Assembly (NCBI GenBank): GCA_028867025.1
Contig: JAGWHC010000001.1
Location: forward strand, 118,972-182,971
From: Candidatus Micrarchaeota archaeon
Lineage (GTDB): Archaea > Micrarchaeota > Micrarchaeia > Micrarchaeales > CABMGC01
Direction: 5' to 3'
DNA length: 64,000 bases
Position numbers and translations under genes: made by a program
Notes under the pieces: model-generated
Told to the model about the DNA's origin: nothing
Seen by the model: the letters and a program-made list of their open reading frames with translations, nothing else
Databases searched by the model: none
Shown: piece after piece, positions 26,861 to 36,277 of the stretch
How the letters are laid out: every line of letters begins with the position of its first letter
Position numbering within the stretch: the first letter of the stretch is position 1

Positions 26861-27625
26861 CTAGTGCATGCTGAATACGACATATATGTTTTTAGTTACA
26901 GTTGCCTGGCCTGTGAAGAAGGTCTGGTTTGCGGCTATGCTTGCTCCGGAGAAAACGCCGGCGTTGGGGTAGAAAATGTAGCCGTTCTGCACCGTGATGT
27001 TCTGCACCACCACCTGCCTGCCGTTTGCAAGCGCGTCAGCCTGGTTTGTGGCGTTTGTTATCGCTGTGGAGAGTGCCTGCTGCTGCAGGCCGGACTGCTG
27101 CTGCGCTGAAAGCTTTGCTGAAACGCTCCCTATGCTGATTCCTTTTATTCTGCTTATCCTTGACAGCGCGGAATCAACACTGGATACGCTGGGCAGCGTC
27201 ACAAGAATTGTCTCGGTAGCGACGTAGAACTTGTTCGATGATGGGCAGATGGTTGTGGTGGTGGGATAGGGATAGTAGGCTGGTGTGCAGTTGCTTGCCG
27301 GATAAAGGCTGTAAGATTGCGTCTGTATGTTGCTTTCGTTGCCCTCCAAGAACGGGGAAAGTGTTGTGTTTAGGGCCGTTGATGCGCTGCTTAGGTTAGA
27401 TTGCGCGATTGCAGCGGTGCTGCCCGTCCCGTTCAGGTAGAGGTAAATCGATGCCTGCGTCGGAACAGCGCTTGCGGAACCGCTCGCTGATATTGAAATG
27501 AGCGAGAAGTGCTGAGGAGCTCCCTGCAGTATTGCGTAGCCTATGAACGCGAGAGCGAGGGCTATGAGTATGGGAAATACGAGAAAACGTGCGCTTGGGC
27601 CGACGTCCAGCTCAGTCTTCGCCAT
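26861..27625 (-). CDS. Secreted SIMPL/DUF541-like protein
   Basis: N-terminal TM anchor. The pattern SAVPTQASIYLYLNGTGSTAAIA... and the A/Q-rich helix QQALSTAITNATNQADALA resemble SIMPL. Weak assignment. Confidence 0.4.
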   Translation of the reverse strand: MAKTELDVGPSARFLVFPILIALALAFIGYAILQGAPQHFSLISISASGSASAVPTQASIYLYLNGTGSTAAIAQSNLSSASTALNTTLSPFLEGNESNIQTQSYSLYPASNCTPAYYPYPTTTTICPSSNKFYVATETILVTLPSVSSVDSALSRISRIKGISIGSVSAKLSAQQQSGLQQQALSTAITNATNQADALANGRQVVVQNITVQNGYIFYPNAGVFSGASIAANQTFFTGQATVTKNIYVVFSMH

Positions 27626-27663
27626 CTTATCGCACCTTATGCTCAGCCAAAGTTTAAAATCAC

Positions 27664-27736
27664 TAGCTCCAATCGGATTCGAACCGATGTTCGCGGGTCC
27701 AAAGCCCGCTGTCCTTGGCCACTAGACGATGGAGCT
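27664..27736 (-). tRNA. tRNA-Gln (UUG)
   Basis: Hand-folded. Acceptor AGCTCCA/TGGAGCT with A1-U72, D loop AGTGGCCAA, anticodon stem GCGGG/CCCGC, loop CUUUGGA, T arm ATCGG-TTCGAAT-CCGAT. Confidence 0.9.
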
Positions 27737-27789
27737 GCACGTGGTATAATGGCTCTTTTATTATTAACGTTTTGTTGCCAAATACCTAA

Positions 27790-28509
27790 TTGATGACAGT
27801 CAAGCTGTACTGGAATGATGCATACCTGAAGGAGTTCGATTCCGTTGTCGAGAAGGTCGAAGGCAATAGGGTGGTTCTCAGGGAAACCGTTTTCTATCCT
27901 ACCGGAGGCGGAGTGATGAACGATACCGGAATGCTTACGGTGAACGGCGTGGGCTGCAGGGTGGCTGACGTAAGCAGGGAGGGCGATGTCATTTTCCACC
28001 ATCTGGAAGGAATACCGCAGATGAAGGCGGGGGATTCGGCACACGGTACGATCGACTGGGACAGAAGGTACTCGCTGATGCGCTACCACACGGCTGTGCA
28101 CCTCATGGACGGGGTAGTGGAGAGGAAGTACCAGGCAGGCGGCATAACGGGCGGCCAGATATTTCCGGACAGGGCGAGGATAGACTTCGCGATGACAGGA
28201 CTGAACAGGGAGATGGTGCAGAAGATAATCGATGAGGCGAACGCCGCCGGGCGGGAAGGACACAATGTCTTAGCCAAGAATCTCACAAAGGAGGAGGCGC
28301 TCGCGAGGCCCAACCTGGCACGCACGGAACCCGGGCGGGAGATGATGAAGGGCATGGATTCTGTGAGAGTGGTTGAGATCGAGGGCATAGACATGCAGAT
28401 GGACGGCGGCCTTCACGTTGCAAATACGAAAGAGATAGGAAAGATAACACTAAACGGCTTTGAGAACAAGGGGAAGAACAGCAAGAGGATTGAGATAAAA
28501 CTTGAGTGA
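27790..28509 (+). CDS. alaX: Alanyl-tRNA editing protein AlaX (AlaX-M type)
   Basis: LYWNDAYLKEFDSVV...TVFYPTGGG...MRYHTAVHLM is the AlaRS editing-domain signature. Confidence 0.8.
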   Translation: MMTVKLYWNDAYLKEFDSVVEKVEGNRVVLRETVFYPTGGGVMNDTGMLTVNGVGCRVADVSREGDVIFHHLEGIPQMKAGDSAHGTIDWDRRYSLMRYHTAVHLMDGVVERKYQAGGITGGQIFPDRARIDFAMTGLNREMVQKIIDEANAAGREGHNVLAKNLTKEEALARPNLARTEPGREMMKGMDSVRVVEIEGIDMQMDGGLHVANTKEIGKITLNGFENKGKNSKRIEIKLE

Positions 28510-28513
28510 CTGA

Positions 28514-28900
28514 ATGAGATGCTTGTCCCTGAAGCAGCCGTTTGCTGAACTTGTGGTAACGGGCAGGAAGACCATAGAGCTCAGGACCTGGAGCACAAGC
28601 TTCAGGGGCGTTTTCCTGGTTCACGCTTCCGGAAACTTTGACAGTGAGGCTTGCGAATTATTCAAAATGAATCCGAGTTCACTTCCGAAACGTGCCATAG
28701 TGGGAAAGGCTACATTGTACGACATAAAGGAGTACAACAGCGAAGAGGAGTTCCTTCAGGACAGGGACAAGCACCTTGCAACAGAGAAATACTTCGGCTC
28801 CGGCTATGGGTTCCTGCTCAAGGATCCAGTGAAATTCGATAAGCCGATCCCTATGCCTGGCAACCTGGGTTTCTTCGAAGCCCACGTTAAAGTTCCTTAG
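28514..28900 (+). CDS. ASCH-domain (PUA-like) protein
   Basis: LSLKQPFAELVVTGRKTIELRTW is the N-terminal ASCH pattern. 128 aa. Confidence 0.6.
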   Translation: MRCLSLKQPFAELVVTGRKTIELRTWSTSFRGVFLVHASGNFDSEACELFKMNPSSLPKRAIVGKATLYDIKEYNSEEEFLQDRDKHLATEKYFGSGYGFLLKDPVKFDKPIPMPGNLGFFEAHVKVP

Positions 28901-29291
28901 TGCTAGTGTCAACCGGCTTGCGCTCGAACGCAAAAGCTGCTTTTTTCAGCGCCCTGAGCGAGAGCGTGGCGCAGTGCATCCTCACCGGGCCGGGATCTAT
29001 GCCTATCACCTTGAGAAGGTCCCTGTACTGCATCTTCTCAAGCTGCGCGAGCGTCTTGCCCTTCAGCTCTTCGGTGAGCATGCTCGCCGAGCCCATCGAT
29101 ATGACGCAGCCGTTGCCATCGAAGCTCACATCCTCTATCTTGTCCCCATTCAGCTTGAGGTACACTGTTATCACGTCCCCGCATGACACATTCTCCTCGT
29201 TCATGCTGACACTGGCATCCTCCATCTTGCGCTTGTTGTTCGGATGCTCGTAGTGCTGTATCAGCTGTTCGGCGTATATGTCAAGTCCCAT
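28887..29291 (-). CDS. Fe-S cluster assembly scaffold, SufU/IscU (NifU N-terminal) family
   Basis: HYEHPNN...NVSCGDVITVYL...DGNGCVISMGSASM...MHCATLSLRALKKA, with three conserved Cys. Confidence 0.8.
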   Translation of the reverse strand: MGLDIYAEQLIQHYEHPNNKRKMEDASVSMNEENVSCGDVITVYLKLNGDKIEDVSFDGNGCVISMGSASMLTEELKGKTLAQLEKMQYRDLLKVIGIDPGPVRMHCATLSLRALKKAAFAFERKPVDTSTKEL

Positions 29292-29297
29292 TTCGCA

Positions 29298-29804
29298 TCA
29301 GACATTTAGCCCCACTAAGAGGCGTGAAACTACGGGTATGCGGGAGATAACGCTCATCGCAATCCCGTTTATCCTTTCTTTGTACCTGTATAGCACATAC
29401 CCAAGTATCAAGCTTATCGCCATGCCTGCCAGCACCTGCACCAGGGTGTGCTGGTCAAGGTATACCCTGCCGAAAAGCACGAAGATCAGCCAGACGGGAT
29501 ACATCCAGCGCAGATACCTGTAACCCATCAGGAAAAGATACGGGCCTGTAAGCGCTGTTGCGTGATTTGAAGGCATTCCGTAACCGGGTTCGCATCCGGG
29601 GAGGCCTGCGCAAGGCCTTGGCTGTGCTATCAGCATTTTAAGCACGTCAGCGACAACGTATAGTATTATGAATGCGGAGACGAACGAGAAAACGTTTTTA
29701 TCCTTTTTATAGTATAACCATATCGCAAGAAGCGGGATTACCACAAAGTAGCTTTCATCAAGGACGCTGAAGAAGGCAGTAAGGTCGAAAGCCACCGGAA
29801 TCAC
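29298..29804 (-). CDS. PAP2-family phosphatase (membrane)
   Basis: KMLIAQPRP (KxxxxxxRP) and PSNH (PSGH-like). The third box would fall around DQHTLVQVLAG. Confidence 0.65.
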   Translation of the reverse strand: MIPVAFDLTAFFSVLDESYFVVIPLLAIWLYYKKDKNVFSFVSAFIILYVVADVLKMLIAQPRPCAGLPGCEPGYGMPSNHATALTGPYLFLMGYRYLRWMYPVWLIFVLFGRVYLDQHTLVQVLAGMAISLILGYVLYRYKERINGIAMSVISRIPVVSRLLVGLNV

Positions 29805-29831
29805 TAGGGGTTTATTCCCTTAAACATTATA

Positions 29832-30206
29832 ATGTTTATGCAGTCGATAATAGTTGACACCAGCGCGATAATCTTCGCTATCGAGAACAGGAAGGACATA
29901 TTCGCCTCTATAGAGGAATCGATGCCCGGCTCTCAGGTACTGATTTCCAACGGCATAATGGAGGAGCTCGAGATGATATCTGCGTCGCGGAACGAGAACA
30001 GGAAAGCGGCAAAGGCGGCGCTGGAGCTGCTCGCGAAGCACAACATAAAGGCGCTGAAGGACCACAGCTACGTGGACGACTGGATAGTGAGGGAGAGCAA
30101 GATGAGAAAATGCGCAGTGTGCACCAACGATACCGAGCTGAAGAAAAAGCTCAAGGCTGAGAAAATCAAGGTAGTGAGCGTCTCATGGAATGGGATTTTA
30201 AGGTAG
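29832..30206 (+). CDS. PIN-domain nuclease (Fcf1/Utp24-like)
   Basis: IIVDTSAIIFAIE... and CTNDTELKKKL. Sits in the conserved archaeal position upstream of rpoE-spt4. Confidence 0.65.
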   Translation: MFMQSIIVDTSAIIFAIENRKDIFASIEESMPGSQVLISNGIMEELEMISASRNENRKAAKAALELLAKHNIKALKDHSYVDDWIVRESKMRKCAVCTNDTELKKKLKAEKIKVVSVSWNGILR

Positions 30207-30244
30207 TGGTACCATATTTTTATGCCAATTTTTAGGGTGAGAGC

Positions 30245-30817
30245 CTGTATTACACGTATACTGTAAAGGACTCCGTAAGCGTGCCTCCGAAGTACATAGG
30301 AGAGGACATAGGAAAGGCCACGACGGAGATGCTGCGAAGCAAGTACGAGCGAACGCTCGACAAGGACATGGGAGTCGTGCTTGTCGTGCACAATGTGAGG
30401 GACATAAGCGACGGCTACATACTGCCCGCGGACCCGAACATACACCACGATGTCACTTTTGACGTGCTCACATTCAAGCTCGAGGTGGACGAGGTCGTGC
30501 TCGGCGAGGTGTCCGAGCTTGCAGACTTCGGGCTCTTCGTGAGGCTGGGCCCGATGGACGGGCTGGTTCACCTGTCGCAGATAACGAGCGACTTCATAAC
30601 CTTCGACAGGAAGGCGGGCGTCTTCGTGTCGAAGAACACGAAGCGAACGGTAAAGAAGGGCGACACTGTGTACGCCAAGGTGTCGACGATAAGCATAAGG
30701 AACACAATCCAGGATGCGAAGATAGCGCTGACCATGAGGCCAGAGGGCTTCGGCAAGCCCGAGTGGGTGAAGGAGCAGAAGATCAGGGAGATAAAGGAGA
30801 AGAGGAAGAAGAGGTAA
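30245..30817 (+). CDS. rpoE: DNA-directed RNA polymerase subunit Rpo7 (E')
   Basis: DFGLFVRLGPMDGLVHLSQI is the S1 domain. The conserved N-terminal strand (L)YYTYTVKDSVSVPPKYIG lies in frame upstream of the track start (GTG 30281), and only CTG 30245 is available after the TAG at 30233. GGTGA lies 4 nt upstream of that CTG. Confidence 0.85.
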   Translation: MYYTYTVKDSVSVPPKYIGEDIGKATTEMLRSKYERTLDKDMGVVLVVHNVRDISDGYILPADPNIHHDVTFDVLTFKLEVDEVVLGEVSELADFGLFVRLGPMDGLVHLSQITSDFITFDRKAGVFVSKNTKRTVKKGDTVYAKVSTISIRNTIQDAKIALTMRPEGFGKPEWVKEQKIREIKEKRKKR

Positions 30818-30821
30818 GCGA

Positions 30822-31013
30822 ATGGTGGAAAAGGCGTGCAGGACTGACAGGCTGATAATATCACAGGGGGACACGTGCCCGCTGTGCGGACAGAGCAACC
30901 TCACGAGCAAGTGGAGCGGCTACATAGTCATACTCAACGTTGAGAAATCCGAGCTTGCGAAGAAGATGGGATTCAAGATAAACGGATCCTACGCGCTGCA
31001 CCTGAACGATTGA
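30822..31013 (+). CDS. spt4: Transcription elongation factor Spt4 (RNAP subunit E'')
   Basis: 63 aa. Has ACRTD..., CPLCG, and WSGYIVILNVEKSELAKKMG. Confidence 0.85.
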   Translation: MVEKACRTDRLIISQGDTCPLCGQSNLTSKWSGYIVILNVEKSELAKKMGFKINGSYALHLND

Positions 31014-31014
31014 G

Positions 31015-31707
31015 CTACTTCTTTTCGAGCGGCTTGCTTCTCAGGAAGTCCTCCTCGACCCTCAGCTTCGTGACCTTGTCCATGTAGCGCATGAGCGCAT
31101 TCACGAAATCGCTCTTGTTAATCAGGTACTTGCTGTCCTTTTCTATCTTGTCCCCGAATATCACCCTGACGTCGCCGCCGGATATCTCTACAGCATCCGG
31201 GTTCAGGTCGTAGACCTCCGCGACTGCCTTGATCTTGTCCTCGTCCTTCTCTAGCTTTGAGACCACTTTTATCTCGTAGATCATCCTCTCTCCGGCGAAC
31301 GGATGGTTGGAGTCGACGATTACCCTGCCGGAGTTGACGCTCTTTATTGTCGCGACTGCGCCGTCTATGTCAAGCTGCATGCCGGGCTGCGGGTCTATGT
31401 CCCTCTTCTTGAAGTCCGAGACTGACATCACTCTCACCAGCGACTGGTTCCTGTCCCCGAAGGCGTCCTTTGGGTCAATCTCCACCTTTTTCGTCTCCCC
31501 GGCGCTCATCTTCCTGATCGCCTCCTCAACGCCCTTTATCGCATTGCCCTTTCCGACAACTATGAGCTGCGGTGCGTACTTCGCATCCTTGTCCATCTCC
31601 GCGTCCTTCTCAGCAACGCTCTTCATGGTGGTGTACACGAGCTTGTTGTCCGCTGCGCGCCACGCGCTGTAATCCACTTTTACGAAATCGCCGTCGTTAA
31701 AAGGCAT
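31015..31707 (-). CDS. FKBP-type peptidyl-prolyl cis-trans isomerase (long archaeal type)
   Basis: GDFVKVDYSAW...VVGKGNAIKGVEEAIRKMSAGETKKVEIDPKDAFG...HPFAGE. Confidence 0.8.
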   Translation of the reverse strand: MPFNDGDFVKVDYSAWRAADNKLVYTTMKSVAEKDAEMDKDAKYAPQLIVVGKGNAIKGVEEAIRKMSAGETKKVEIDPKDAFGDRNQSLVRVMSVSDFKKRDIDPQPGMQLDIDGAVATIKSVNSGRVIVDSNHPFAGERMIYEIKVVSKLEKDEDKIKAVAEVYDLNPDAVEISGGDVRVIFGDKIEKDSKYLINKSDFVNALMRYMDKVTKLRVEEDFLRSKPLEKK

Positions 31708-31765
31708 AAGCTCATCTTGATAGCTTTTTAAGTATGGTCTGCTTTAGTTAATAAAGGTTTTCGCT

Positions 31766-32374
31766 TTGGAGAGGAAAAAACTCATCGAGATAATAGGATC
31801 GATATTCGTGGCAGCGATATTCCTCAGCTCCTACGCCGCTTTCGGGAACATCTCGCAGAGCGGAAACAACGCGACAACAACTGCGCTGTCGCAGACGTAC
31901 TACGCAGTTGCCAACACGAACGCGATAGTGCAGTCGTACGGAAGCACGTTCAACATAAACATCACGTGCAGCAACGCAAGTAGCGTATTGGGAACGCTGA
32001 ACAGCGAGCTGGCGAGCCTGGAGAAGAACGGCTCGGTGGCGAATTTCTATTCGCAGCAAGCCGCGCAGATACTCGTGCAGTCTGGCAGCATGAGCTCGAA
32101 CGCCCTCTACGTGAGGCTTTCGAACGACATAGGAAGCTATGCCTCGTGCACGCGGTTCTCGGGCACGGCAAACATCAACCTGCCTGGCAGGATGAGCTTC
32201 TACGTCACCTCGCAGAGGAGCAGCGTCATAATAACCATACCTGACAGCCTGCGCGCCTACTCGTTGCCTATCCCGCTGACCGGCGGCATGGGCGGCACGC
32301 TCAACGTGTCGGTCTCGGCCCTGCTCGAGCAGAACGGCACCATATACGGCGGCCTGAGGGTGACGCAGGTCTAG
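31766..32374 (+). CDS. Hypothetical membrane-anchored/secreted protein
   Basis: N-terminal TM (IIGSIFVAAIFLSSYAAF), Ser/Asn-rich. No family recognised. Confidence 0.45.
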   Translation: MERKKLIEIIGSIFVAAIFLSSYAAFGNISQSGNNATTTALSQTYYAVANTNAIVQSYGSTFNINITCSNASSVLGTLNSELASLEKNGSVANFYSQQAAQILVQSGSMSSNALYVRLSNDIGSYASCTRFSGTANINLPGRMSFYVTSQRSSVIITIPDSLRAYSLPIPLTGGMGGTLNVSVSALLEQNGTIYGGLRVTQV

Positions 32375-34108
32375 GTGTTGCATTTGCTGGCAAACAAGAT
32401 AAGGGAAAAGGCAAGGAAGCTGGCGCTAAAGAACGCAATAGATTACGGGAAGGCGGATGCCGGCGCTGTCCTGAGCAAGGTGCTCTCCACTGAGCCCAGG
32501 CTCAAGGAGAGCATAAAGGAGCTCTCGCAGCTTGTCAAGGAGGTGGTGCAGGAGGTCAACAAGATGAGCGAGGCGGCGCTGCAGAAAGAGTTTGAGGCTC
32601 ATTCGGGCGAATTCGAAAAGATTGAGAAGGAGAAGCAGGAGAAGAGCGCAAAGCCCAGAATGGAGCTCGACGGAGCTGTTGCCGGCAGGTTCGCGACCAG
32701 GTTCGCTCCCGAGCCCAACGGCTACATGCAGATAGGCCATGCCAAGATGGCATGGCTCGGCAGGGAGTTCGCCGACAAGTACAGGGGCACACTCGCGCTC
32801 TATTTCGACGACACGAACCCTGAGAAGGAGAGGGAGGAGTTCGTTGATGCGTTCAAGAAGGATCTGGAGTGGCTCGGAATAAGGATCGACCGCGAGTACT
32901 ACGCGAGCGACCACATCGGCGCTGAGTACAAGTACGCTGAGAAGCTCATCGGCTCAGGAGACGCATACGTCTGCACGTGCGACGGGGAGAAGATGAAGAA
33001 GCTGAGGTTTGACGGGGAGGCGTGCGAGCACAGGAGGCACAGCGAGGAGCAGAACTCCAAGCTCTGGAAGGAGATGCTTGACGGAAAGACAGATGAGGAC
33101 GAGGGGGTGCTCAGGCTGAAGCTGGACATGAAGTCGGAGAACACAGCGATGCGCGACCCGGTGGCCTTCAGGATCATAATGCACGAGCACTACAGGCAGG
33201 GGAACAAGTACAGGGTGTGGCCGACATACGACTTCAACACCCCGATCGTCGACTCGCTTGAGGGAATAACCGATGCAATGAGGACAAAGGAGTACGAACT
33301 CCGGGAGGAACTCTACTACAAGATACTCGACCTGCTCGGCCTCAGGAAACCTACGATGCGCACTATTGCCAGGCTTGAGATAGCGGACAACATCACCTCG
33401 AAGAGGAAGACCAACGAACTGATAAAGAGCGGCGCCCTCCAGGGCTATGACGATCCGAGGCTCATAACAATCGCAGGGCTGAGAAGGCGCGGCGTGCAGC
33501 CACAGGCGATAAAGGCGTTTGTTCTGAGGTTCGGGACCAGCAACACCAACAGCGAAGTGAGCATCGACATGCTGCTCGCCGAGAACCGAATGGTCATAGA
33601 CGATTTTGCGAGGAGACTGTTTCTTGTCCGGGATCCTGTTGAGGTGAATATCAGCGGCGTGCCCGCTGGCTACAAAAGCGTGAAGCTCAACCTTCATCCA
33701 TCCAAGAGCCTGGGACAAAGGGAGGCGAGCGTGTCTGACAGGTTGATGATAAGCGGCTCAGACGCAAGGACGCTCAAGGCGGGATCCAAGTTCAGGTTCA
33801 AGGACCTGTTCAACGTTGAGATTGAGAAGAATGCAAAGGACGCGATTGAGGCGAAGTTTGCGGGGAACGGAAACATAGACGCACCGAAGTTCCAGTGGGT
33901 GGACGCGAAAAGGAAGGTGAGGTGCGAACTCTTGCTGATAGGCCCGCTTTTCATAGGTGACAAGTTCAACGGGAAGAGCCTAGTGAAAGTCGAGGCGTAC
34001 GCCGAGGAGTTCGTCAACACCCTGGAAAAAGACGAGATAGTGCAGTTCGAGAGAGTCGGGTTTTATAAGCTTGACGATTTAAACCAGAAAACATTCATTG
34101 CACTTTGA
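32375..34108 (+). CDS. gltX: Glutamyl-tRNA synthetase (archaeal type)
   Basis: RFAPEPNGYMQIGHAK (HIGH region), ALYFDDTNPEKE, WPTYDFNTPIVD, ITSKRK (KMSKS-like). Confidence 0.9.
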   Translation: MLHLLANKIREKARKLALKNAIDYGKADAGAVLSKVLSTEPRLKESIKELSQLVKEVVQEVNKMSEAALQKEFEAHSGEFEKIEKEKQEKSAKPRMELDGAVAGRFATRFAPEPNGYMQIGHAKMAWLGREFADKYRGTLALYFDDTNPEKEREEFVDAFKKDLEWLGIRIDREYYASDHIGAEYKYAEKLIGSGDAYVCTCDGEKMKKLRFDGEACEHRRHSEEQNSKLWKEMLDGKTDEDEGVLRLKLDMKSENTAMRDPVAFRIIMHEHYRQGNKYRVWPTYDFNTPIVDSLEGITDAMRTKEYELREELYYKILDLLGLRKPTMRTIARLEIADNITSKRKTNELIKSGALQGYDDPRLITIAGLRRRGVQPQAIKAFVLRFGTSNTNSEVSIDMLLAENRMVIDDFARRLFLVRDPVEVNISGVPAGYKSVKLNLHPSKSLGQREASVSDRLMISGSDARTLKAGSKFRFKDLFNVEIEKNAKDAIEAKFAGNGNIDAPKFQWVDAKRKVRCELLLIGPLFIGDKFNGKSLVKVEAYAEEFVNTLEKDEIVQFERVGFYKLDDLNQKTFIAL

Positions 34109-34117
34109 GGCGACCAA

Positions 34118-34768
34118 TTGAACACGAAAGAGGTAGACGCTAGCGGGCTCGACGCAGTTCCGTCAACCATAGAAGCGAATGCGATCAAGAAGATAGTGCG
34201 CGAGAACTGGGAATCCAAGCTCAAGGAAAGGGGCACAAGTCTTGACATACTCAACGAGCACGCGGAGTTCATGACAAAGGAGTTTGGCGCGATGAACTAC
34301 GAGACACTGTGCATGCAAAACATAGCAGCGAGGTCGAAGCACATGTCGAAGGGCGAGCTCGCCGCCTACACGAGGACGATAGAGGCGCTGGCTCTGGGAT
34401 ACAAGGCAAGGTTCGGCCCGGAGTTTGCGGAACCGCTCATAGCGGGCGTCGCCCTGCTGTCCAAGGACGTCAGGTCGGCGAGGAAACACCTCGACTACTT
34501 CGTTTCGCACGTATCTGACAGCGCAGCGAAGTACGAGTTGAGGATAACGAGGGAGACCGGCATGCTCGAACGCATAGATTCCGAGTTCAGGAGGAAGAAC
34601 TCCGGGATGCTCAGGTTCCTGAGAAAGAGGGAGATAGATGCGCTCGGCAGCAGGCTTAGGGCCACCAAGGTCAGGATCCTGAAGCTGGAGAGAAAGAAAA
34701 TCAGGTGCGCGAAGCTCGCCAATGACACGAGAGCGAGGGCCGATCCGCATGCAGGCAAAAAGCAGTAG
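34118..34768 (+). CDS. Hypothetical protein (216 aa, basic C-terminus)
   Basis: Long ORF in the only unoccupied frame. No motif recognised and the start is uncertain. Confidence 0.4.
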   Translation: MNTKEVDASGLDAVPSTIEANAIKKIVRENWESKLKERGTSLDILNEHAEFMTKEFGAMNYETLCMQNIAARSKHMSKGELAAYTRTIEALALGYKARFGPEFAEPLIAGVALLSKDVRSARKHLDYFVSHVSDSAAKYELRITRETGMLERIDSEFRRKNSGMLRFLRKREIDALGSRLRATKVRILKLERKKIRCAKLANDTRARADPHAGKKQ

Positions 34769-34811
34769 CCGCTTTGGCTAGTTTTATAAGTCTGAGAATG
34801 CAAGTAGCTGC

Positions 34812-35927
34812 ATGGCAGACAAGAAGGTGCTGGAACAGAAGCTGGAGGAGCTTCAGGAACAGTACTCGAAGACCAGGTACAACAAGGCCACCAACAAGTA
34901 TCTCGGAATATTGCGCGCGAAGATGGCCAAGCTCAGGAAGGCCATGGCTGAGAAGAAGGGCAAGAGGGGCACGGGTTTCGGGGTGAAGAAATCGGGGGAC
35001 GCGACAGTCGTACTTGTGGGATTCCCAAACGCGGGCAAGTCGTCGCTGCTGAAGCGGCTCACCGGAGCCGAATCCAAGGTGGCCGACTACGCTTTCACTA
35101 CCCTTGACGTGATACCCGGAATGCTAAACTATAGCGGGGCGAAGATACAGGTGCTTGACGTGCCCGGGCTCATAGAGGGCGCGCACCTCGGCAGGGGTGC
35201 AGGAACTCAGGTGGCGAGCATCATCAGGGTGGCTGACCTGGTGCTCTTTGTCATAGACGCGACGCTGCCGGACCAGATCCATAGGCTGGTGGAGGAGCTT
35301 TCGCTGCTTGACATAAAGGTCAACAGGCAGAAGCCGCGGGTCATGATAGAGGAGAAGAGGTCCGGGGGTGTGGAGGTGGAGGCCAACGGCCACAAGATTC
35401 CAGGCAGGAAAGAGGTCGAGACTGTCATGCACGAGATGGGAATTTACAATGGCAAGGTGATCTTCTACAATGACATAGACATGGATTCGCTTATCGCTCT
35501 GCTCCTGGAAAACGCGGTGTACGCCAAGGGCGTGATTGCGCTGAACAAGTCGGACCTCGTATCTGAGGAAAAGGCAAGGCGTCTTGCTGCGGAGTTTACG
35601 GCGAGCACTGGAATGCGCACAGTAGCCGTAAGCGCGGCAAGGGGCACGAACATATCGCAATTGAAGGAGGCGCTCTTCGAAAACCTGAGCCTGATAAGAA
35701 TATATCTGAAACCAAAGGACGGAAATGCTGACTACTCGCGGCCCTTTGTCTTGAAGTCGGGCAGCGACGTAATGGAGCTCGCCAGGGGCCTGCACTCGAA
35801 GGCGGCAAAGAGCCTGAAGTGTGCCTATGTTACAGGAAGAAGCGCGAAATTTGAAAACCAGAGGGTGGGGAAGGAGCACGCGCTTGAGGATGGGGACGTG
35901 GTCACTCTTGTATATGACAAGTTCTGA
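34812..35927 (+). CDS. DRG-family (Obg-like) GTPase with C-terminal TGS domain
   Basis: VVLVGFPNAGKSSLL (G1), DYAFTTL, VLDVPGLIEGA (G3), ALNKSD (G4), and a TGS-like tail ...GDVVTLVYD. Confidence 0.85.
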   Translation: MADKKVLEQKLEELQEQYSKTRYNKATNKYLGILRAKMAKLRKAMAEKKGKRGTGFGVKKSGDATVVLVGFPNAGKSSLLKRLTGAESKVADYAFTTLDVIPGMLNYSGAKIQVLDVPGLIEGAHLGRGAGTQVASIIRVADLVLFVIDATLPDQIHRLVEELSLLDIKVNRQKPRVMIEEKRSGGVEVEANGHKIPGRKEVETVMHEMGIYNGKVIFYNDIDMDSLIALLLENAVYAKGVIALNKSDLVSEEKARRLAAEFTASTGMRTVAVSAARGTNISQLKEALFENLSLIRIYLKPKDGNADYSRPFVLKSGSDVMELARGLHSKAAKSLKCAYVTGRSAKFENQRVGKEHALEDGDVVTLVYDKF

Positions 35928-36277
35928 GACCGGGAAGGCGTGCGGGTTTAAGGCTGAGCCAGGCTAATTGGCTACTTATCTGGGAGACATAAGCAGACCT
36001 GTCACGGCCCACTACCCAACGGATTTGTATTAGGCATTTGCAGATATTTTAATGCTATTTTAATGCAGTAAAATTCAGAAAAATTTATCTCTTGCTGGAT
36101 TTGAAGAGGCGGAAATTAAGATTTTGGGGATTGCGACAGGCGAACAGATGCCCTGGATCGGGGAGAACCGGAAATCAGACCTGCCGCTACCCATTTTCCA
36201 AGTAGGATTACTGTACAGGATAGATATTAATATGCATAGTATAAACGCCATAAATGGTGACTATTTTGGCATTTATG

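Noticed and set aside
30068-30910. 280-aa minus-strand ORF antisense to rpoE and the end of the PIN gene
   Set aside because: The region is occupied by well-supported Rpo7 and PIN genes on the plus strand, and the ORF has no motifs.
35990-36200. Two related strings (cagacctgtcacggcccactaccca at about 35994 and cagacctgccgctaccca at about 36175), considered as tRNA fragments or att-site duplicates in the 350-nt spacer after the DRG gene
   Set aside because: Neither folds into a tRNA-like cloverleaf (no T arm or acceptor pairing). The match is short and gapped, and no integrase is nearby. A possible ncRNA cannot be supported from sequence alone.
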